Under the pieces are notes generated by a model that worked only from the letters and a program-made list of their open reading frames with translations, was not told the origin of the DNA and searched no databases. Below, one piece after another: positions 29,533 to 38,836 of a stretch of 64,000 nucleotides of DNA. Origin of the DNA: Syntrophales bacterium (GTDB lineage Bacteria > Desulfobacterota > Syntrophia > Syntrophales > UBA2210); contig CAXXNF010000002.1 in assembly GCA_963666365.2 (NCBI GenBank), positions 128,001 through 192,000 on the forward strand. Direction: 5' to 3'. The first letter of the stretch is position 1. Every line of letters starts with the position of its first letter. The position numbers and the translations under genes are program-made.

Positions 29533-29799
29533 ATGACCGATCTGGTGATCGGAATGGCCAAAGAGGCGATAGAGGTAACGCTGCTGCTGTCGGCGCCGAT
29601 GCTTCTGGTGGGTCTCGCCATCGGCCTTATTGTGAGCATCTTTCAGGCGGTCACGCAGGTGCAGGAAATGACGCTTACCTTTGTGCCGAAAATCGTAGGG
29701 GTCATGGTGGCCCTGATCGTGGCCCTTCCATGGATGATAAATCTGATGATTTCCTATGTAGAAAATCTTTTTTCATCCATACCTAATTATATTCGCTGA
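29533..29799 (+). CDS. fliQ: Export gate protein FliQ
   Basis: SIFQAVTQVQEMTLTFVPKI; GGAGG before ATG 29533. Confidence 0.96.
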   Translation: MTDLVIGMAKEAIEVTLLLSAPMLLVGLAIGLIVSIFQAVTQVQEMTLTFVPKIVGVMVALIVALPWMINLMISYVENLFSSIPNYIR

Positions 29800-29831
29800 C
29801 GCGCGACGGACCGTCGTCGAAAGTTCAATTA

Positions 29832-30602
29832 ATGGACATGCCCGCTATTGCCATAGAGGAAGTTCATACCTTTATTCTTGCCTTCATAAGGGTATGCGGC
29901 ATTATCATTGCCATTCCCGTTTTCGGCAACAGAACCGTTCCGCTTCGCGTGAAGGGGGGATTGGCGATCGTGGTCACGCTTCTTGTGACGCCCTTCGTGC
30001 CGGAAAGGCCCCTGCCCACTGAAATGCTTTCGCTTATCCTTGCCATGGCAGGGGAGGTATGCATCGGACTTATCATAGGACTTGTGGTGCGGTTTGTCTT
30101 TGAGGCGATACAACTTGCCGGCCAGCTTATAGGATTTCAAATGGGGTTTGCCATCGTGAATGTCGTTGATCCCATATCGAGCGCCCAGGTTTCCATCATA
30201 GCCCAGTTTGTGTATCTGATTGCAGTTTTGGTCTTTTTTGCCGTAAACGGGCATCATCTGTTTTTATATGCAATTGCTGAGAGTTTTCGAATCATTCCCA
30301 CTCTTGATTTTCATATGTCCGGCGCCCTTGCGAACGCGGTTGTGACCTATTCCAAAGAAATTTTTGTCATCGCCATTAAAATAGGTGCGCCGGTTATGGC
30401 CATGCTGGTGCTTACCAGTGTGGGGCTTGGGATGGTTGCCCGTACTGTTCCCCAGATAAACATATTTATCGTTGGATTTCCTTTAAAGATAGGGATCGGT
30501 CTTGTCGGCCTCGGATTGACCCTCCCTCTCATCGTTCGCATAATAAGTTATGCCTTTTCCGACTTAGACGGCACGCTGAGAGGCCTGATGAAATTGATGT
30601 AG
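29832..30602 (+). CDS. fliR: Export gate protein FliR
   Basis: AGQLIGFQMGF, NGHH, ARTVPQINIFIVGFPLK. Confidence 0.96.
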   Translation: MDMPAIAIEEVHTFILAFIRVCGIIIAIPVFGNRTVPLRVKGGLAIVVTLLVTPFVPERPLPTEMLSLILAMAGEVCIGLIIGLVVRFVFEAIQLAGQLIGFQMGFAIVNVVDPISSAQVSIIAQFVYLIAVLVFFAVNGHHLFLYAIAESFRIIPTLDFHMSGALANAVVTYSKEIFVIAIKIGAPVMAMLVLTSVGLGMVARTVPQINIFIVGFPLKIGIGLVGLGLTLPLIVRIISYAFSDLDGTLRGLMKLM

Positions 30603-30646
30603 GAAGAGCAAGAAAAGGCGGAAGAGTAAGAAAAGCGGGAAAGGAC
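30602..30646 (+). repeat. Purine-rich degenerate 9-mer array between fliR and flhB
   Basis: ggaagagca agaaaaggc ggaagagta agaaaagcg ggaaaggac. Confidence 0.75.
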
Positions 30647-30758
30647 AGGGAGGGCAGAAGAGAGACCGATGGGATGTGTGAGCGTGGTTAGGCATCCTGC
30701 GTTCTCGTTGTTTCATTTTTTGACATGAGCGTCAGTTAACCGTCAAAGGTGTTGCCCC

Positions 30759-31850
30759 ATGGCAGAAGAAAAGTCAGCTCAAGAAAAAACCGAAAAGCCG
30801 TCGCAACGACGGCGCGACGAGGCGCGTAAAAAAGGACAGGTCGCCAAGAGTCAGGAAGTGACCTCAGTATCGATACTTTTTGCATCGCTGGGCCTTTTTT
30901 ATTTTGCGTCCATTTTTATGGTGGAAAAACTGAGTCAGCTTATGCGCTGGGGTTTCGCAGAGTCAGGCCGCTATACGCCCCTTACCGCCGAAAGTTTGAC
31001 ATCCCTTTTCGTGGCACTCGCAGTGAAGGTCGCCCTGTGTCTCTTCCCTCTCCTTTTAACCGTAGTGGTGACGGCAATTACTACCAACCTGATGCAAGTA
31101 GGGTTTATGCTTTCGTTCGAGTCCATTGCGCCGAAACTCTCCAAGATCAATCCCATCAACGGTCTGCAACGACTCTTTTCCATGAAGTCGCTGGTCGAGC
31201 TGGTAAAGAGCATCCTCAAGATCTGCATTGTAGGAGCAATCGCCTATCTCACCATAAAAGGCGAAACAGGAGGCCTGATCATCCTTGGCGATCAAAGCGT
31301 CGGCGACATACTTTCCTATACCGGTTCGGTGGCACATAAAATCATTTTCAGAACATGTCTGGCCCTTATACTACTTGCCATTCTGGATTACGCCTTTCAG
31401 CGGTGGGAATATGAGAAAAACCTGCGCATGTCGAAGCAGGAAGTCAAGGACGAAATGAAGCACACCGAGGGCGATCCCTTTGTGAAGGCGCAGATCAGGC
31501 GTATTCAGCGTGAAACAGCGCGACGAAGGATGATTGCCAATGTGGCGAAGGCAGATGTGGTGATCACCAACCCTACACATATTGCCGTTGCCCTGGCATA
31601 TGAAAGGGCAACGATGGTTGCACCCCGGGTGATCGCTAAGGGAAAAGGATTTATTGCGGAGAAAATAAAGGAAATTGCAAGGGAAAATAAAGTTCCGGTG
31701 GTTGAAAACAAGATTCTGGCACAACTATTGAATAAGACCGTTGACGTGAACGAAAATGTTCCGGAAGAATTGTACAGGGCCGTAGCTGAAGTGCTGGCCT
31801 ATGTATATAAACTGGGTGGAAGGAGATCATCGGAGTGGGGCAACGGGTAA
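30759..31850 (+). CDS. flhB: Export switch protein FlhB
   Basis: EKTEKP, MSKQEVKDE, EGDP and the autocleavage motif NPTH. Confidence 0.97.
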   Translation: MAEEKSAQEKTEKPSQRRRDEARKKGQVAKSQEVTSVSILFASLGLFYFASIFMVEKLSQLMRWGFAESGRYTPLTAESLTSLFVALAVKVALCLFPLLLTVVVTAITTNLMQVGFMLSFESIAPKLSKINPINGLQRLFSMKSLVELVKSILKICIVGAIAYLTIKGETGGLIILGDQSVGDILSYTGSVAHKIIFRTCLALILLAILDYAFQRWEYEKNLRMSKQEVKDEMKHTEGDPFVKAQIRRIQRETARRRMIANVAKADVVITNPTHIAVALAYERATMVAPRVIAKGKGFIAEKIKEIARENKVPVVENKILAQLLNKTVDVNENVPEELYRAVAEVLAYVYKLGGRRSSEWGNG

Positions 31851-33928
31851 TATCGACAGGCATCAAGAGTTCGTCCATTGCCGATTGGTTCAAGAGCAGC
31901 AGTACCATGATGGGCATGGCCATTGTCGGCATCCTGCTAGTCATGATGATCCCCCTGCCCGCATTTTTTCTGGACATACTGCTCTCCTTTAACGTGACCT
32001 TTACGCTTCTCATTCTCCTGGTGGCGATCTATGCGCTCAGGCCGCTTGATTTCTCAGTATTCCCGTCGATTCTTCTTGTGGCGACACTCTTTCGGCTTTC
32101 CCTTAATGTCGCCTCTACGCGACTCATCCTTCTCAACGGGAACGAGGGGGCTGCGGCAGCCGGTCAGGTAATCAAGGCATTCGGTACCTTTGTGGTAGGT
32201 GGTAACTTTGTGGTCGGTTTGATCGTCTTCCTCGTGCTGGTGCTCATCAATTTTATTGTGATTACCAAGGGTGCGACCCGAATCGCTGAAGTGGCGGCGC
32301 GATTCACGCTGGATGCAATGCCGGGAAAACAGATGAGTATCGATGCCGACCTGAATGCGGGTCTCATCAATGATTCAGAGGCGCGACGAAGGCGCCGCAC
32401 CATCGAAGAGGAAGCGGATTTTTACGGCGCCATGGACGGCGCCAGTAAGTTTGTCAGGGGTGATGCCGTGGCGGGCATTATCATTACTATTATTAATATC
32501 GTAGGGGGGCTTGTCGTCGGTGTCATGCAGAAGGGGATGCCTGTAGGAGATGCCGCCCAGACCTATACGCTGCTTACCGTCGGCGATGGTCTGGTGACGC
32601 AGATTCCCGCACTCATCGTCTCCACCGCTGCCGGCATGCTGGTCACGCGATCGGCGACCTCCTCCGATCTTGGGAAAGAAGTGACGACCCAGCTTTTTTT
32701 CAAACCTAAGGCCATTGCTACTGCATCGGTGATTCTTTTTATATTCGGCATGATTCCCGGTATGCCGACGCTGGCCTTTGTGACGATCTCTCTTGTCATG
32801 GGCGGCGTGGCCTACATGGTGTCAAAAGCACCGGTTGAAGAAGGGGATAATGAACCCAAACCTGTTGCCGAGACCCCGTCGGAATCCATCGAAGCGCTTC
32901 TCCCTCTGGATGTGCTTGAACTTGATGTGGGATACAGCCTGATACCAATGGTGGATGCAGCCCAGGAAGGGGAATTGCTGCAGCGAATAAAGGCATTCAG
33001 GCGACAGCTTGCCTTGGAGCTGGGATTTGTGATGCCGGCAATTCATATACGGGACAATCTTCAACTCAAGCCCAATGAGTATATCCTCAAGCTGAAAGGT
33101 GCGGAAATTGCGAAAGGTGAATTGATGATGGGGCATTTCCTTGCGATTGCCCCCGATGAAAAACTCAAGATCAAGGGTGTGGAAACAAAGGAACCTGCCT
33201 TTGGTCTCCCTGCAGTCTGGGTGAACGAAAAAGAAAGAGAAACTTTGCAATCCCGGGGAATCGTGGTTGTCGATGCTGCCACAGTAATTACTACCCATAT
33301 TACGGAGATCGTGAAGACCCATGCCGCGGAGCTGGTAGGGCGACAGGGGGTGCAGTCGCTTATTGACAATCTCGCCAATGATTATCCGGGACTTATACAG
33401 GACCTGGTGCCGAATGTGGTGCCCCTAGGTACGCTTCACAAGGTGGTGCAGCGTCTTCTGAAAGAACGGGTTTCAATTCGCGACATGATCACGATTGTGG
33501 AGACGCTGGCCGACTATGTACCGGTGACCAAAAATGTCGATCTGCTCAGTGGCTATGTCAGGCAGGCCCTCGCACGAACTATTACGAATCAATATCGGGA
33601 CGACAGGGGCGATATTACCGTGGTGATGGTTGCCCCCGAGGTGGAGGATGCCATACACCAGTCCGTGCAGCATACAGAATATGAGTCATATGTGGCGGCC
33701 GAACCTGTGCTTCTTCAGGCAGTGGCTAAAAATCTTCAGGAGTACATAAAGGTCTTCACTGATCGGGGATTGCAGCCGGTTATTCTCTGTTCTCCCCGGG
33801 TGCGGGGGGCTCTCTGGAAAATGATGGAGAAATTTTTTCCTTCTGTGGCCATTTTATCGCATGGAGAAATAACCCATGACGTCAATATCAAATCGCTGGG
33901 CATGGTGAGGTTGCAGGATGCAGGTTAA
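31835..33928 (+). CDS. flhA: Export protein FlhA
   Basis: RIAEVAARFTLDAMPGKQMSIDADL, FYGAMDGASKFVRGDA. Confidence 0.98.
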   Translation: MGQRVISTGIKSSSIADWFKSSSTMMGMAIVGILLVMMIPLPAFFLDILLSFNVTFTLLILLVAIYALRPLDFSVFPSILLVATLFRLSLNVASTRLILLNGNEGAAAAGQVIKAFGTFVVGGNFVVGLIVFLVLVLINFIVITKGATRIAEVAARFTLDAMPGKQMSIDADLNAGLINDSEARRRRRTIEEEADFYGAMDGASKFVRGDAVAGIIITIINIVGGLVVGVMQKGMPVGDAAQTYTLLTVGDGLVTQIPALIVSTAAGMLVTRSATSSDLGKEVTTQLFFKPKAIATASVILFIFGMIPGMPTLAFVTISLVMGGVAYMVSKAPVEEGDNEPKPVAETPSESIEALLPLDVLELDVGYSLIPMVDAAQEGELLQRIKAFRRQLALELGFVMPAIHIRDNLQLKPNEYILKLKGAEIAKGELMMGHFLAIAPDEKLKIKGVETKEPAFGLPAVWVNEKERETLQSRGIVVVDAATVITTHITEIVKTHAAELVGRQGVQSLIDNLANDYPGLIQDLVPNVVPLGTLHKVVQRLLKERVSIRDMITIVETLADYVPVTKNVDLLSGYVRQALARTITNQYRDDRGDITVVMVAPEVEDAIHQSVQHTEYESYVAAEPVLLQAVAKNLQEYIKVFTDRGLQPVILCSPRVRGALWKMMEKFFPSVAILSHGEITHDVNIKSLGMVRLQDAG

Positions 33929-35063
33929 AAGATACGAAGTGACGGGCATCAACGAGGCGATGGAAAAGATAAAGCGGGACCTGGGTCCTGATGCAATCAT
34001 ACTTTCTTCCAGACGCATAAAGGGTGAGGGAAGAGAGAAAATGGAGGTGGTTGCCGCCATCGACACAACCGAGAAAAAGGAAGACCGCTCGGGAAAGGAT
34101 GTAACTGCGTGGCCGCCGCAGGCCGCCCTGAAGGATCAGGACGATTCACCGCCCCTTGTTGTTGAACCTGATGCCGCGCGTTTAAAACGCATGGAGAGCG
34201 ATCTGAAGGCGCTGAGACAGAATTTTGTGCGCCTCTTCGACCATTTTGGCATAGAGGTGTCTTCGGCGTACTGCGGCCCCCTTGCCTCGATATATGAGGG
34301 GATGCTGATGCGCGGGCTTTCAAAGGAATGCGCCCTTAAACTGCTGAACACACTGAAAGAAAGCCTGCCCCAGGGATCGTATATCGATGATCGGGGCATG
34401 TGGAGATCATTGCAGCATTTCATGGCACAGTCAATGGCGCCCTTTTTTACCCCCGAGGCAAAGGGAAGGAAGATGCGGGCATTTGTGGGACCAACGGGCG
34501 AAGGGAAAACTACCACACTGGCCAAACTTGCCGCACGCGCTCTGTACGGAGAAAAGAAAAAGGTGGGCATTATCACGATGGATACCTATCGAATCGGCGC
34601 CGTGGCACAGCTTGAAATCTATGCCGATATTATGAATGTTCCCCTGGAGACCGTCACAGATAGAAAGGAACTGCGACGGGCAATGAAACGACTTGCCGAC
34701 AAGGATGTGGTCCTTATCGACACGCCGGGAAGAAGCAGGAAAGATACGGAGCACCTTGTGAAAATGCGCGAATTGTTGACCGGCGATTTCCCTGTGGACA
34801 TTACCCTTGTCATCAGCGCGACCGCAAGCTCCGAAACAATGGCCCGTGCCGCCGATCGTTTCGACATTACCGGCTATGACCGCATCATTTTTACAAAGCT
34901 TGATGATGCGAGCGGCTGCGGCAGGATCTACAATGTAGTCGATCGGCTGAGAAAACCGGTGTCGCATGTTGCCGATGGGCAAAGAGTTCCTCAGGATATC
35001 GAAGAGATGGATCCTCGCAAGCTTGCGAGGCTGATTGTGGAAGAAAGGATGCCGGTGCATTGA
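33918..35063 (+). CDS. flhF: SRP-family GTPase FlhF
   Basis: LGPDAIILS, GPTGEGKTTT.AKLAA, DTYRIGA, DTPG, TKLD, GQRVP.DI. Confidence 0.95.
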   Translation: MQVKRYEVTGINEAMEKIKRDLGPDAIILSSRRIKGEGREKMEVVAAIDTTEKKEDRSGKDVTAWPPQAALKDQDDSPPLVVEPDAARLKRMESDLKALRQNFVRLFDHFGIEVSSAYCGPLASIYEGMLMRGLSKECALKLLNTLKESLPQGSYIDDRGMWRSLQHFMAQSMAPFFTPEAKGRKMRAFVGPTGEGKTTTLAKLAARALYGEKKKVGIITMDTYRIGAVAQLEIYADIMNVPLETVTDRKELRRAMKRLADKDVVLIDTPGRSRKDTEHLVKMRELLTGDFPVDITLVISATASSETMARAADRFDITGYDRIIFTKLDDASGCGRIYNVVDRLRKPVSHVADGQRVPQDIEEMDPRKLARLIVEERMPVH

Positions 35064-35131
35064 GCGGCATGGAAGTATGTGCCCGAAAAGGAATGAGGGC
35101 CTTGAACAGGATCAAACGATTGAGGTGACAG

Positions 35132-36034
35132 GTGGATCAGGCGGGAGTGCTGCGAAGAATGGGTAAAGCCGGAAATGAAGGGTATCTAGAGGAGGTCCCG
35201 GTGAGAAAAGGCCGAAGAATCAATGCCGACATCAAGGTTCTTGCCGTTACCAGCGGCAAGGGCGGTGTCGGTAAAACGAATATTGCGGCGAACATGGCCT
35301 ACCTGCTTTCAACAATGGGCAAGCGGGTTCTCCTGCTGGATGCAGATGCGGGACTGGCAAACATTGATGTGCTTCTTGGAATTTCTCCGCACTATAACCT
35401 TTCCCACCTTTTATGCGGAGAAAAGCCCCTTTCGGAGGTAATAGTGCGTGGGCCGGGGGGGATAATGATCATACCAGCGGCCTCAGGCATGCAGGAGATG
35501 ACGGAGCTGTCGGCAGGCCAGAAACTGACGCTTCTTGAGGAACTCGACAACTTCGATGAAAAACTCGATGTGATGATAATCGACACGGCAGCGGGGATTA
35601 CGGGAAACGTGATGTATTTCAATATGGCGGCCAAAGATATCGTTGTGGTCGTTTCTCCCGATCCCACTTCTCTTACCGATTCGTACGCCCTTATCAAAGT
35701 GTTGAGCCGGGGATACGCCACCCATCACTTTATGATTGTCGCCAATATGGTGAAGGATGCCGGCGAGGGATTTGAAGTGTATAAACGTTTGAGCAGTGCC
35801 ACCGGTCACTTTCTCAATGTGTCTGTCGATTATCTGGGGTATGTGGTAAGGGATCGTGCGGTGACGGAATCGATCAGACAGCAGAGCCTCTTCACGGAGA
35901 TATTTCCTTCGTCGCGGGCAAGCAGGCTTCTGGCTGCCATTGCCCGGGGTGTGTGCAATCAGGAGTTCGAGAGAAAAGACGACAATGGCATGATTAAATT
36001 TTTTGGGGACGCAGTCATTGGCCGGAATGATTGA
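35132..36034 (+). CDS. flhG: MinD-like ATPase FlhG/FleN
   Basis: MDQA..LR activator helix, SGKGGVGKT, DAD.GLAN. Confidence 0.95.
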   Translation: MDQAGVLRRMGKAGNEGYLEEVPVRKGRRINADIKVLAVTSGKGGVGKTNIAANMAYLLSTMGKRVLLLDADAGLANIDVLLGISPHYNLSHLLCGEKPLSEVIVRGPGGIMIIPAASGMQEMTELSAGQKLTLLEELDNFDEKLDVMIIDTAAGITGNVMYFNMAAKDIVVVVSPDPTSLTDSYALIKVLSRGYATHHFMIVANMVKDAGEGFEVYKRLSSATGHFLNVSVDYLGYVVRDRAVTESIRQQSLFTEIFPSSRASRLLAAIARGVCNQEFERKDDNGMIKFFGDAVIGRND

Positions 36035-36758
36035 CAGGAAAAAAAGGGATGCGCTGATCGTCAAGTATGCGCCGCTGGTGAAGCACATCGTGGATCGCTT
36101 TGCGATGAAATTGCCGCGCCATGTGGAAAAGGAAGATTTGATCAGCGTAGGAACGATCGGACTCATTTCCGCAATCGAACGGTATGACGAATCGCGGAAC
36201 GTCCGTTTCGAAACCTTTGCTCAGTTCAGGATCAGGGGCGCCATCCTGGATGAATTGAGGGCGCGGGACACCGTATCACGATCATCGCGCAGTAAGGATT
36301 CCAAACTCGAGCAGGCCTACGCCATCCTTCAGGGGGAATTGGGCAGAGCGCCGACCGACGAAGAGGTCGCCCGGCTTATGGGGCTTTCAATGGAAGAGTA
36401 TTTCAAGCTTCTCGATGACGCCCAGGGTGTCTCGATCCTGAGTCATGATGATCTGCCACCCGATTATTGTGAAAAATACGGTAATTCCGAAGTGATGGAG
36501 AAAATTGAACAGGACAATCCCCTGTCCGCAATTGTGGGGAAGGAATTACGCAGCACGTTGAAGGCGGCCATAGAAAATCTCCCCGAAAAAGAGAGCCTGG
36601 TGCTGGCGCTTTACTATTATGAAGATTTGACGCTGAAGGAAATCGGGGTGACCCTCGGCTTGACGGAATCCCGTATCTGTCAGATTCACTCCCGGGCGAT
36701 CCTGAAATTGCGCAGCCTGCTGAAAACAAAGGGTGCTCAAGAGGCTGCTATGGCCTGA
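36027..36758 (+). CDS. fliA: Sigma-28 factor FliA
   Basis: RIRGAILDELR, LYYYEDLTLKEIG..LGLTESRICQIH. Confidence 0.97.
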   Translation: MIDRKKRDALIVKYAPLVKHIVDRFAMKLPRHVEKEDLISVGTIGLISAIERYDESRNVRFETFAQFRIRGAILDELRARDTVSRSSRSKDSKLEQAYAILQGELGRAPTDEEVARLMGLSMEEYFKLLDDAQGVSILSHDDLPPDYCEKYGNSEVMEKIEQDNPLSAIVGKELRSTLKAAIENLPEKESLVLALYYYEDLTLKEIGVTLGLTESRICQIHSRAILKLRSLLKTKGAQEAAMA

Positions 36759-36768
36759 GGATGACGAT

Positions 36769-37320
36769 ATGAAGAATGTGCGCTGCAGCGCCATAAAAAT
36801 GAAAAAGAACAGATTGAAGGGCGCGGAGATGTCGGCACTTGTAAGAATTTCGCTTCTTCTGCTCGTCACCGCGAGTTTCAGTTTCATGTCGGGAGGCATT
36901 CTTGGGCCGGGTGTTGGCGCGGCGCAGGCGAAGGAGTGGGGGCTTTTTGCGAAGGAGATAGTGAAGTTCTTCCGGAATGGCGATGACAGGGAGCACAGAG
37001 GTGAGAACAATAGGCCTTCCGATCAGGAATTACAGAAATATGAAGGATTTATGGTGCATGTTGCCGGGGAAAGAGCCGTGAAAAGGATAGTGCTCCTGGA
37101 TATTGCACTTGAAATTGAAATGGGTGAGGCACAGAGGGCGAACCACCAGCGTGAAATTCGAAAAATAATATATCGGACATCGAAGGAAATGCTTTCAGGG
37201 CGGGCACGATTTCCCCATGTGCAGAAAGGGTTGAAACAGGAAATTGAACGCCGTGTCAATCGGTGGATGAGACGCCCCTGTGTGAAGGGTGTCTATATCA
37301 CGCGTTTTATGGTGCTCTGA
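36769..37320 (+). CDS. Divergent FliL-like protein
   Basis: N-terminal hydrophobic segment. The C-terminal part (FMVHV...IRKII...LKQEIERRVN...VKGVYITRFMVL) parallels the FliL at 26319. Start uncertain (36769, 36799 or 36829). Confidence 0.65.
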   Translation: MKNVRCSAIKMKKNRLKGAEMSALVRISLLLLVTASFSFMSGGILGPGVGAAQAKEWGLFAKEIVKFFRNGDDREHRGENNRPSDQELQKYEGFMVHVAGERAVKRIVLLDIALEIEMGEAQRANHQREIRKIIYRTSKEMLSGRARFPHVQKGLKQEIERRVNRWMRRPCVKGVYITRFMVL

Positions 37321-37363
37321 GAGCACTGCGGTCTGGGTCCGCACATTATAAGAGGTGCATTTC

Positions 37364-37672
37364 ATGCAAAAAAAATGTTTCATTGGTATCGTATGTGGTA
37401 GTATCATTTTTTCAGTTTCGTCCCTTGCGCTTACGGTCGAAGAGGTTCTTAAATTGAAAGAGGCCGGTGTAGACAATGAAACAATAGGCATTATGATGAA
37501 GCAGGAGTCCCCGCGAGGAGTAGAGGAGGTCGAGGACGGCGCAGGGAATATTTCGATTCGCTATTCCAATGACGGGCTGGGGGGAGAAGACGGCGCCGGT
37601 CCCGCGGAACGGGAGCGGGTGGACAAGGCCTGGGAGATGTTGAGAAACATCGTAATTGACGGCAGAAAATAA
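37364..37672 (+). CDS. Small exported hypothetical protein
   Basis: GAGGTG ribosome-binding site, signal peptide ending SLA, then LTVEEVLKLKEAGVDNETI. Confidence 0.7.
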   Translation: MQKKCFIGIVCGSIIFSVSSLALTVEEVLKLKEAGVDNETIGIMMKQESPRGVEEVEDGAGNISIRYSNDGLGGEDGAGPAERERVDKAWEMLRNIVIDGRK

Positions 37673-37738
37673 GACGTGTGTGAGAGCCAATACTAAGGTG
37701 TGTTTTGTCTAAAAAGCAGAGAAGAAGGGGAGATCAGC

Positions 37739-38512
37739 ATGGAAAGGGAGAAAATCTACACGGATCTTGCGCGGCAGTTCGAAGGCACGTTCATTGAAGA
37801 GCTTATTCCCGGAATACTTCACAACTTTGCGAATCCTCTCAACGGGATTATGGGTCGTTCGAAACTGTTGCAGAAGCGCGCTCAGGATGTGTTTCCGTTA
37901 CTGATCGACCGGAACGTCGACAGGGAACTGATTGAAGAGGCATACGGCAAGATTTTGCGGGATATAGATCTGATCTCGCAGGAATCTGACAGACTCTACG
38001 ATTTATTCAATGATGTGGCGGCGAAGGTTCACCGGTTGCATAATAATAACAGCCAGTTGATCAATATATCAGAACTGGTAGAATCAGAGATCGCGTTTTT
38101 CGACTTCTATCTTGATTTTAAACACAAAGTGGAAAAAAATCTGGCGCTGAACCGGGATATCCCCTTGCTGGAGGGAGCGCCTTCGGACTACTCGATGGCG
38201 ATGTCAACAATCATTCGGCATGCCATGGAATCCATGGATGCCTGTGAGGTGCGCCGGCTTTCCATTTCTACGGATTGTGATCCGGATTATGTATATGTGA
38301 CATTTCAAGATACGGGGAATCATCACAATGCGGCGGCAATTGCTGATTTCTGTCGCCACGCGGATTTTGATTCGCCCGGTGGGGTAAATTTGAACGGAAG
38401 CCGCAATCTTATCGGTGCAATGGCGCTTTTGAAAAAATATGATGCCCGTTTTACCGTTGAGGATGACGAGGGACACTTTCGATTCTCCGTAATAATCCCT
38501 TATAAGAGATAG
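37739..38512 (+). CDS. Sensorless degenerate histidine-kinase-like protein (pseudokinase or phosphotransferase)
   Basis: H-box-like GILHNFANPLNGI is present, while the N, G1, F and G2 boxes are degenerate. Confidence 0.7.
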   Translation: MEREKIYTDLARQFEGTFIEELIPGILHNFANPLNGIMGRSKLLQKRAQDVFPLLIDRNVDRELIEEAYGKILRDIDLISQESDRLYDLFNDVAAKVHRLHNNNSQLINISELVESEIAFFDFYLDFKHKVEKNLALNRDIPLLEGAPSDYSMAMSTIIRHAMESMDACEVRRLSISTDCDPDYVYVTFQDTGNHHNAAAIADFCRHADFDSPGGVNLNGSRNLIGAMALLKKYDARFTVEDDEGHFRFSVIIPYKR

Positions 38513-38517
38513 CAACT

Positions 38518-38835
38518 ATGGTAAAATCCATCGGGTTACAGCAGGGTTTGCTTCAGACGAACTCCATTGAACGGATTCAACAGGTGCAGCAGCAGCATCC
38601 GGACACACAGCAGCGATATTTCGAAATAGAGATGGAGCGGGAAAAGAAGCGCGCCAAAGAAAAAGTTGAAACTATGGAGAAAACGGAACGAATGCGCATC
38701 AAGGAGGAAGATCGAAGACAGGATGAACGCAGATCTCCCTTCAAAGCGTCCGATCCAAAAGGCGAGACTTCCGGAGAACCGGAAGAAACGGAGGCAACCC
38801 TTGACACCGGTGGCACCATAGACGTGAAGGTATGA
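38518..38835 (+). CDS. Small Gln-rich, charged hypothetical protein with a C-terminal GGTIDVKV motif
   Basis: 105 aa, tightly packed in the operon. Confidence 0.75.
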   Translation: MVKSIGLQQGLLQTNSIERIQQVQQQHPDTQQRYFEIEMEREKKRAKEKVETMEKTERMRIKEEDRRQDERRSPFKASDPKGETSGEPEETEATLDTGGTIDVKV

Positions 38836-38836
38836 A

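Noticed and set aside
30685..30701. TGG...TGC before flhB as a sigma-54 promoter
   Set aside because: The GG-GC spacing is 11 rather than the required 10.
34488..34520. FlhF P-loop GPTGEGKT (usually GPTGVGKT) as an inactivating change
   Set aside because: The change is at a variable position of GxxGxGKT, and the other GTPase motifs are intact.
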